Positions 57,557 through 64,000 of a stretch of DNA of 64,000 nt are shown here, in pieces (positions within the stretch are counted from its first letter, which is position 1; each line of letters opens with the position of its first letter). The DNA comes from a phage, in sequence record PZ154895.1; one strand, written 5' to 3'. The notes under the pieces are model-generated. The model worked only from the letters and a program-made list of their open reading frames with translations. It searched no databases and was not told where the DNA came from. The translations under genes and the position numbers were made by a program.

Positions 57557-57829
57557 ATGAATAAAAACATTGATACAGTTCGTGAAATTATTACTGTTGC
57601 GTCTATTTTGATTAAATTTTCCAGAGAAGATATTGTTGAGAATCGTGCTAATTTTATTGCATTTCTGAATGAGATTGGAGTAACGCATGAAGGTAGAAAG
57701 TTAAATCAGAATTCATTCCGTAAAATTGTTTCTGAATTAACTCAAGAAGATAAGAAAACCCTCATCGACGAATTCAACGAGGGTTTTGAGGGTGTATATC
57801 GATATCTAGAGATGTATACAAACAAATAA
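57557..57829 (+). CDS. asiA: anti-sigma-70 factor AsiA
   Basis: 90 aa; matches T4 AsiA (MNKNIDTVREIITVASILIKF...). Confidence 0.9.
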   Translation: MNKNIDTVREIITVASILIKFSREDIVENRANFIAFLNEIGVTHEGRKLNQNSFRKIVSELTQEDKKTLIDEFNEGFEGVYRYLEMYTNK

Positions 57830-58486
57830 TTATTTAGCCCTTCCTAATATTCTGGCCGCCTGAGCACATATTGATTCAAGGCGGTCATTACTTATATGAT
57901 CATTTCTATACCAGTACATGGTTATTGTTCCAGCATAGATATTATCCAAATTGAAATATGGACAACTGTACATGTAATTTATTTCGGGAGTAGGCTTTTT
58001 AGTTGGTAAAAAAGCAAATTTTGAATTGGAATAATAGTGACGTCCATTTAAATGAACTGTATATTCATCCATAGTTTTATCAACAGGATATCCTCCAAGT
58101 GATTTTTCAGTTATTGTTGAAGGTAATCTTCCTTCGTATGCTATAATATCAACAAAATAGTTTAAGTTTTTAGGGCGGAAAGAATACACCGCACTAAAGT
58201 CTGCCTCAGATGATATATGAACTATCTGGAGTTGTTCCAGGGCGACAGATTCAAAGCGTGCAGTTCTTTCCTTTTCAATAATTTCACTGTATGTTTCATA
58301 CTTTGATTGCTTATAGTACTCAAAGAAACTATCTCCCCTATACCAAACAATCGCCATCATAAATAAAAGAATTACGACAGCTACTCGGGAAGCAAGAACT
58401 TTCCCGGTAGCGTTATCTTTGAACAAGCGATCTAGAACACCAAATAGAATATCAGAGGGCGAAAATGATATTCTAGGTGCTGCCAT
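57830..58486 (-). CDS. t: holin T
   Basis: 218 aa; near-identical to T4 holin; single N-proximal TM; AAGGAGGG SD and TATAAATA upstream on minus strand. Confidence 0.92.
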   Translation of the reverse strand: MAAPRISFSPSDILFGVLDRLFKDNATGKVLASRVAVVILLFMMAIVWYRGDSFFEYYKQSKYETYSEIIEKERTARFESVALEQLQIVHISSEADFSAVYSFRPKNLNYFVDIIAYEGRLPSTITEKSLGGYPVDKTMDEYTVHLNGRHYYSNSKFAFLPTKKPTPEINYMYSCPYFNLDNIYAGTITMYWYRNDHISNDRLESICAQAARILGRAK

Positions 58487-58504
58487 AGACCCTCCTTTTT
58501 AAGA

Positions 58505-58512
58505 TATTTATA
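58505..58512 (-). promoter_or_regulatory. late promoter TATAAATA upstream of t
   Basis: TATAAATA on minus strand about 20 nt upstream of t ATG, overlapping gene 38 stop (approx.). Confidence 0.5.
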
Positions 58513-59059
58513 CGTAATGCTTGAATAAACGCTTATACCAAGGCTTCCGTTCTTTTTCAGGCCATGCAGGGAATTCACCACCTAAATGCTCATGCTTTTC
58601 TAAAAGAGCAAAGAACCGTTTAAGGTTTTGATGATAGAATTTTTCCTTTTTATTTGCAGCTGAAGCTTCGATCATATTACTCAATACTTGAAATTCTTTA
58701 TATAATTCTTCAATTTTTCTATTACGAATTAAAACCCGTTTATATGTTTCATCTTCTTTCCAACCATCATCAGTCCATATGTCAAATTCGCCGGGTTCAT
58801 CAAAAGTTATACCAACTGGGCTTCCAATGTCATTTATAAAAATTTCTTCTTTATTAAAAGTCCATGCTCGTTTGCCGCGATGGTCTTCTTCATAAATCCA
58901 ATCCTGAATACGTTCATCAAATACAACCGCGTATCCTTCTTTAGGTTCTAAAGGTTTTTTAATTGTTGAATGAGCAGGAAGACCAAGACCTTTAATCGGT
59001 TTGTAATTTTCTTCTTTGTAAAATTCTTTTGTGTCAAAATAATAATGATAGATTTTCAT
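58508..59059 (-). CDS. 38: long tail fiber assembly chaperone gp38 (T4-type)
   Basis: 183 aa; near-identical to T4 gp38; lacks the Gly-rich adhesin architecture of T2-type gp38. Confidence 0.9.
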   Translation of the reverse strand: MKIYHYYFDTKEFYKEENYKPIKGLGLPAHSTIKKPLEPKEGYAVVFDERIQDWIYEEDHRGKRAWTFNKEEIFINDIGSPVGITFDEPGEFDIWTDDGWKEDETYKRVLIRNRKIEELYKEFQVLSNMIEASAANKKEKFYHQNLKRFFALLEKHEHLGGEFPAWPEKERKPWYKRLFKHYV

Positions 59060-59086
59060 ATTTAGAAGGGGCCGAAGCCCCTCTCC
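59060..59086 (-). promoter_or_regulatory. gene 38 translation initiation region with hairpin between SD and AUG
   Basis: Minus-strand RNA: TAAGGAGAGGGGCUUCGGCCCCUUCUAAAUAUG; SD lies 5' of a GGGGC-UUCG-GCCCC hairpin, AUG 3' of it. Confidence 0.5.
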
Positions 59087-62000
59087 TTATGCTAAACGAA
59101 CGATATAGTTAAAAGCAATGTTTTTAACCGTGTTTTCTGTATTACCTGTACTATTTACAGTGATAGTATGACCATGCGAACCAATCGCTACCGTGTGGGT
59201 ATGAGCACCAATACCTACAGAGTGGGAATGGTTACCATCACCGCTTGTAGTACCAGACCATGTGTGTGTATGGTTACCAGTTGTGTTAGTGTTAGGGAAC
59301 TTATTGTCTCTTCTGTCAAGCCAGTCAAGTGTTCTAGGTAGACTGTTACCAATGGTTGTATAACCGTACAAAGCATCACCGCCGTTAACTAATAGTAGAC
59401 CTAAGTGATGAGCGTGGTTACCAGCAGCACTTGTTGTACCACTTACAGAGTGAGTGTGAGCACCAGTACTATTAGTGTTCTTCGTACCATAGTCAAAGCT
59501 TGATGTGGTTTTAGTGCCTAAGTCAGTACTTGAAGCAGATGCACTATGGCTATGAGCCTTAACACCATCTTCTTCTGTGCTCAAAACAGCACGACCACTT
59601 GGTTTACCTTTGATAGTTTGCCCGCGCATATCTGGAATAACACCGCTAGGATATGCAACAGCTAGCTTTGGATATGCAGACTTATCAAAGGTCTGACCTT
59701 CCATAATAGCGTAACCGTTAGGAGGAGTATCTGTAGGCCATGGAATTGGAGCTCCAATAGGATAACTTGAAACAATATCAGTTTTAAGTGATTCAATTGT
59801 ACTGTTTAAGTTAGCAAAATTACCAGAACCACCAGTAATATTACCATCAGTGCCAAGAGTGGCAGCGCCGGCAATAATTTTACCTGCCGCGCGGAAATCG
59901 CCTGTGCGACGGAATTCCCAACTCAAATCTACGCCATTGGTGCTAGTTCCCTGGTGATAATGGACGCGGAAGTCTCCCTGAGAAATCAAGGTACCAATAG
60001 AATAAGTACTATCTCCTTGAACGTAACGTTGCTTCAAAATTGGAATATAAGTACTATTATCACCACGGTCGATATTCATATAGAACGGTGCACGAACATT
60101 TTCGTTATTCTGTGAAGCAAACGAACCAGCACCTGCCGGGCGAACAGAGTTAGTGCATTCAACATCAATATAAGACGAGTGGCCTATTTGCATGCGGAAA
60201 TTAGGGCTTAATCTGGTATTAGAAGTTATCACAACAAGTTTACTATCATTATCAATAGTAACCATATTGCCGCCTAATCCATCGTCGCCTAATGTAACCG
60301 AATGACGCATTTGTACCATACCATTATTAAGACTAATACTTAATGGGCGGAGATTACTTATTCCACCACTTTCACCAGCATCTTTAGGAGTCGGGATAAT
60401 ATGTAATGCTGCTTCTGAACGACGGAAAATAGCACCGTATTCAGCATTCCAAATTCTCAATGCATCAGCTGTTCCACCAATTTTTACTTGGCCTGTAATA
60501 GAAGAACCCCCAGTTAAATTAAGCCCATTGCTCATTGTAACTGCGCCGACTAAAGTGCTCAATCCATTAACTTTAAGATTTCCTGCAGTGCTAATAGAGC
60601 CGTTAGCATTAACTGGTCCATTGAACTGGGTTACAACGGGCCCAACAGTTTCAGAACCTTCTGGGCGCTGGCGTTGTGAATAAAAATAATAACCTTGTGA
60701 ATCATATACTTCAAATACAGTTTCTCTAATACCGGGAACTGAGTTAAAGGCATTACCCCATGCTTTAATTGAAACAGTATTTTTATTCTGTCCGTTACGA
60801 GTGCCTGCATCCCAGTTAATAGTTTTGGTACCATCTACACCGGAAGGAGCTTTAAACGATAAAGCATTAGTATTATCATCACCATTTAAAAACAAGCCCG
60901 TACGCATAGAAATACGTTGGGTTGAGTCAAATGTACCATCTGCTCTAATAGCAACTCTATTAGACCCAGTTTTAATATCTAAAATACCTGGCTCAACAAG
61001 AAGTCCATCGCCCATGCTAACAGACATACGACCCGTGCCACGGAAATAGTGATACATTTTAGAATTACTGTTATAACCGATATGAGTTTGCCCATCACCG
61101 TTATTATTGCCATCAACATCAGTACGTGCAGTAAACATTGCTTGGTTGTTATTTGGGAAAACCCAAGTAGAACCGGAATCTCGACTATAACCAACCATCA
61201 ATTTTTTAGTACTGTTAATACCATTATTAATAATAGTCGCCGCAGAAATACCGTTAGCCATCAGGTCATAAACGCCATCACGGACCCATTTAATACCGGT
61301 GTCATTATCACCAATTGCAATACCGATAGAAATGGCAGAATCTAAAGGATAACGTCCATTTGCACCGTTATCAGGAAGACCTACTGAAATAGATTTACCT
61401 GCAGTAATACGACCGGAGATATCAAACGCCCATAGGAAAGATTCCGGGCCTACGCCTGTCCACCAAGAAATTTCTTGTGGCTTACCTTTTCGGCAATCGG
61501 CAATTTCATGGAAAATACTTGCTGCACTTGATGCACGCAATTTACGCAAATAGTTTAAACCATTAGTGGTATTATCAGAACCATCAGCCGGTGGGTTATA
61601 AACCCAAGTAGGTAAAGAAACCCAATCATACCCGATGTTGGCGTTAGCGACAAATGTTTTTGTACTGAAATTAATATTTTTAGTAACAATTTCAGGCCCG
61701 GTGATAATACCATTAGCGGAGTTAATATTGCCTGACGCAGAAATATTACCGGCACGAACTTCAATACTACCGGAATCTACGATGAAATTACCATTTCTAT
61801 TAAAAGTCCAGTATTTTGAATCACCAGATTCATTGATATATTGAATTTTAAAACTTCCTTCATTTACTAACGTACCAACAGAAAAAGTTCCATCTTTATA
61901 GCGTTGTTTAATTAGCGGATGGTATTCTGAAGTAGAAGTAGTTGAACTCAAATCGGTAAAGATAGGAGCTTTATTTTTATGTTGGTTTGCCCAAGCACCA

Positions 62001-62290
62001 TTACCCGCGGTTTTAGGCAGGAATTCAATATATTTACCAGCATAAACAAACTGGTTTCCATTAAGATTATATGTTCCATTTTGTAAATAATCACCAGTTT
62101 GAGTGATATTTCCACTGATATTACCGCCAGCGGAAATGCTTAAGTCGATGATATTTCCTGAATCATCTTTAGTAAAAATTGTTCTATCTTTTAAGTTTAT
62201 AGCCAATTCACCTTCGGCTAATACTGAAGCAGCAGGACGTGCACCTGCGGTTTTGCTTCTTTTAAATTGTATTTGTTTTAAAGTAGCCAT
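59087..62290 (-). CDS. 37: long tail fiber distal subunit gp37 with C-terminal His-box repeats
   Basis: 1067 aa; repeated HxH boxes near C-terminus ([48 protein letters not shown]). Confidence 0.93.
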   Translation of the reverse strand: MATLKQIQFKRSKTAGARPAASVLAEGELAINLKDRTIFTKDDSGNIIDLSISAGGNISGNITQTGDYLQNGTYNLNGNQFVYAGKYIEFLPKTAGNGAWANQHKNKAPIFTDLSSTTSTSEYHPLIKQRYKDGTFSVGTLVNEGSFKIQYINESGDSKYWTFNRNGNFIVDSGSIEVRAGNISASGNINSANGIITGPEIVTKNINFSTKTFVANANIGYDWVSLPTWVYNPPADGSDNTTNGLNYLRKLRASSAASIFHEIADCRKGKPQEISWWTGVGPESFLWAFDISGRITAGKSISVGLPDNGANGRYPLDSAISIGIAIGDNDTGIKWVRDGVYDLMANGISAATIINNGINSTKKLMVGYSRDSGSTWVFPNNNQAMFTARTDVDGNNNGDGQTHIGYNSNSKMYHYFRGTGRMSVSMGDGLLVEPGILDIKTGSNRVAIRADGTFDSTQRISMRTGLFLNGDDNTNALSFKAPSGVDGTKTINWDAGTRNGQNKNTVSIKAWGNAFNSVPGIRETVFEVYDSQGYYFYSQRQRPEGSETVGPVVTQFNGPVNANGSISTAGNLKVNGLSTLVGAVTMSNGLNLTGGSSITGQVKIGGTADALRIWNAEYGAIFRRSEAALHIIPTPKDAGESGGISNLRPLSISLNNGMVQMRHSVTLGDDGLGGNMVTIDNDSKLVVITSNTRLSPNFRMQIGHSSYIDVECTNSVRPAGAGSFASQNNENVRAPFYMNIDRGDNSTYIPILKQRYVQGDSTYSIGTLISQGDFRVHYHQGTSTNGVDLSWEFRRTGDFRAAGKIIAGAATLGTDGNITGGSGNFANLNSTIESLKTDIVSSYPIGAPIPWPTDTPPNGYAIMEGQTFDKSAYPKLAVAYPSGVIPDMRGQTIKGKPSGRAVLSTEEDGVKAHSHSASASSTDLGTKTTSSFDYGTKNTNSTGAHTHSVSGTTSAAGNHAHHLGLLLVNGGDALYGYTTIGNSLPRTLDWLDRRDNKFPNTNTTGNHTHTWSGTTSGDGNHSHSVGIGAHTHTVAIGSHGHTITVNSTGNTENTVKNIAFNYIVRLA

Positions 62291-62298
62291 AAGTCCTC

Positions 62299-62961
62299 TT
62301 AATAATAGCCGAAATCTTGAACAGAATCCTTAATTACGATTTGGTCAAATCGTGGAACGTGTGAAGGTTGAGATGCAGGATTCTGCGAGAAAAAGTTTGG
62401 TGCTGTTAAGTTACCCGTCATAGTGTCGCCAGATCGTAACACTCTAGAGTTCGCATTTGCCGTAACAGTATTTATTGCTCCATCAACATAGTCCTTTCTA
62501 GTAAGGTCATTTGCTGATACAGGAGAAACTGCATTACTTCTTATTTGACCTACTGCTGTCACAACGCCTTTTGTACTAATATCACCATTACGTGCATTAA
62601 TTACAACAGTTCGGTCTGCTGAACCTTGTGATGATTTAAAACCAATACCATTCCACGAAACGATGTCAATATTTGCCATAGCAAAAGTAGCTGCATCACC
62701 GTTACCTGGATAAACACCGCACTGTTGACTACTACCTATAGTAGGAACATGTACTCCTCCATTAAATCGAACAGTCGCGGCATAAGTACCACCATTAGCT
62801 TTAGAAACGAAATCGTTATCAGCAGCTTGTGGTTTATTGTATTCTGAATATATTTTAAATGATTTATAGAGTACATCGTCACCGGCTGGATTCAATGGAA
62901 AATTTCCTTGATGCCAAATGACAGAGCCTCCAGTTGTTGAACCTACTTTTAAATCAGCCAT
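62299..62961 (-). CDS. 36: long tail fiber hinge subunit gp36
   Basis: 220 aa; synteny 35-36-37; late promoter upstream. Confidence 0.9.
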   Translation of the reverse strand: MADLKVGSTTGGSVIWHQGNFPLNPAGDDVLYKSFKIYSEYNKPQAADNDFVSKANGGTYAATVRFNGGVHVPTIGSSQQCGVYPGNGDAATFAMANIDIVSWNGIGFKSSQGSADRTVVINARNGDISTKGVVTAVGQIRSNAVSPVSANDLTRKDYVDGAINTVTANANSRVLRSGDTMTGNLTAPNFFSQNPASQPSHVPRFDQIVIKDSVQDFGYY

Positions 62962-62984
62962 TGTATGCCCCTTTATTTTAATAG

Positions 62985-62992
62985 TATTTATA
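62985..62992 (-). promoter_or_regulatory. late promoter TATAAATA upstream of gene 36
   Basis: TATAAATA on minus strand between 35 and 36, preceded by hairpin (approx.). Confidence 0.45.
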
Positions 62993-63023
62993 AAGAAAAA
63001 GGGAACCCGAAGGCTCCCTCAAT

Positions 63024-64000
63024 TTATACTTCTCTAAATTCTTGCCCAAACACTTTACCAGTTTTAGACGATGCTTGCGTAGGAAGTACCATTATATCCG
63101 GAGGTGAAGCAGATTCACAGATATAATTAACACGAATGCCGTTGACGCCAAATTCAGCAGGTTTCGAAATACCTCCATTTCTTGACACTTCAGAAAAGCT
63201 TAAATTTCTCATGCCACCTTGACCAGCTTGTGCTGTTCTTTGTGCATATATCGTAAATCCCACAGCGTTTTCTGGAACAACTACATAATCTTCCTTTAAT
63301 TCCCAAGACCCAGCTTGTCCGGTAAACTCAGCTTGTGTTGAAGAAATATATCCATTTGATGCGTTATAAAAACGGATAGATATATTTGTGGTTCCAAGCG
63401 CAAGTAAATCGGCATCAGCATATAACTGAGCTTTAAGATAAAGAACATCGCCAGGAATTAAATTATAATCAGAGAGTTTACTTATAGCAGCTGAAGTTGG
63501 CAATCGCGCAATTTCGTTATTAGTTCCACCAACCGCTGACATAAATTGCTCGATGCTTTCATATGTTCTTTTAGGAAATCCCGTAGCTCCAACGTCTTCT
63601 AAACTGTCAAATACAACATCTAAAATAGTTTGATAGTCATCTGTGCTTTTTCTATTACTTAGTTTAACGTGTTCTAATGCAATAGCTCTTTTAGAAGAAG
63701 TGTAAAAAGCAGCATATGATACGTCAAATCTTGACAATATAGAATCAGATGGAAAAGCAGACGTTCCTGCGGTTCTTAGCCAAGATACTACTTCAGGAGG
63801 AAAATTAACCTTTCCGTTAGTTAATATAGCAACAAGTCTATTATTCGCCAAAGAATTCATGAAACTAACAAAAGCAGCTGATGTAGTATCATTTGAAGTC
63901 GAAAAAGCATATGACTTACTATCAACTAATGCTCCGGTGGAAGGGTCAAAAACTCTTAAATGAAGACCCGCGCTAAATGTTTGACTTCCAACCGGATTAT
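63024..64000 (-). CDS. 35: long tail fiber subunit gp35, 5' end beyond window
   Basis: ORF track 63024..63860; frame stays open upstream to the window edge; synteny. Confidence 0.8.
   Translation of the reverse strand, partial: NPVGSQTFSAGLHLRVFDPSTGALVDSKSYAFSTSNDTTSAAFVSFMNSLANNRLVAILTNGKVNFPPEVVSWLRTAGTSAFPSDSILSRFDVSYAAFYTSSKRAIALEHVKLSNRKSTDDYQTILDVVFDSLEDVGATGFPKRTYESIEQFMSAVGGTNNEIARLPTSAAISKLSDYNLIPGDVLYLKAQLYADADLLALGTTNISIRFYNASNGYISSTQAEFTGQAGSWELKEDYVVVPENAVGFTIYAQRTAQAGQGGMRNLSFSEVSRNGGISKPAEFGVNGIRVNYICESASPPDIMVLPTQASSKTGKVFGQEFREV

Noticed and set aside
60631-61345. Several 67-98 aa ORFs in both orientations inside gene 37
   Set aside because: All lie within the long tail fiber gene in alternative frames; repetitive Gly/Asn codon usage generates long spurious frames.
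1-64000. tRNA genes, CRISPR arrays, integrase or IS elements
   Set aside because: No cloverleaf-like conserved tRNA sequences, no direct-repeat/spacer arrays and no transposase- or integrase-like ORFs were seen; the T4-type tRNA cluster lies in a part of the genome outside this window.

Overview
This window is a contiguous ~64 kb stretch of a T-even (T4-like, Tevenvirinae) phage genome, reverse-complemented relative to the conventional T4 map. Gene calls rest on my recollection of T4 protein sequences, on motifs and on synteny; no database search was run. Coordinates of features not present in the ORF track are anchored to neighbouring ORF ends and may be off by 1-2 nt. On the + strand the early/middle genes run nrdC-upstream ORFs, nrdC, 49, nrdD, nrdG, nrdH-like, 55, a-gt, 47, 46, rpbA, 45, 44, 62, regA, 43, imm, 42, a second glucosyltransferase, uvsX, 40, 41, dmd, sp-like, 61, 56, soc, modB, modA, srd, dda, dexA, 39, rIIA, rIIB, denB, ndd, ac-like, 52, motA, arn, asiA. 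The window ends with the convergent late genes t, 38, 37, 36 and a partial 35 on the - strand. The phage is not T4 itself: nrdD has no intron, gene 39 is one unsplit 605-aa ORF, and the b-gt slot holds an unrelated DXD glycosyltransferase (T2/T6-style ba-gt candidate), while gp38 and the gp37 tip are T4-type. The accessory content I would look at first is an antisense HNH endonuclease between 46 and rpbA, a GIY-YIG endonuclease between a-gt and 47, a secreted-protein/lipoprotein pair next to imm, an antisense membrane ORF between 61 and 56, and clusters of hydrophobic micro-ORFs. I found no tRNA genes, CRISPR arrays, integrases or IS elements, and no clearly novel multi-gene system beyond these.
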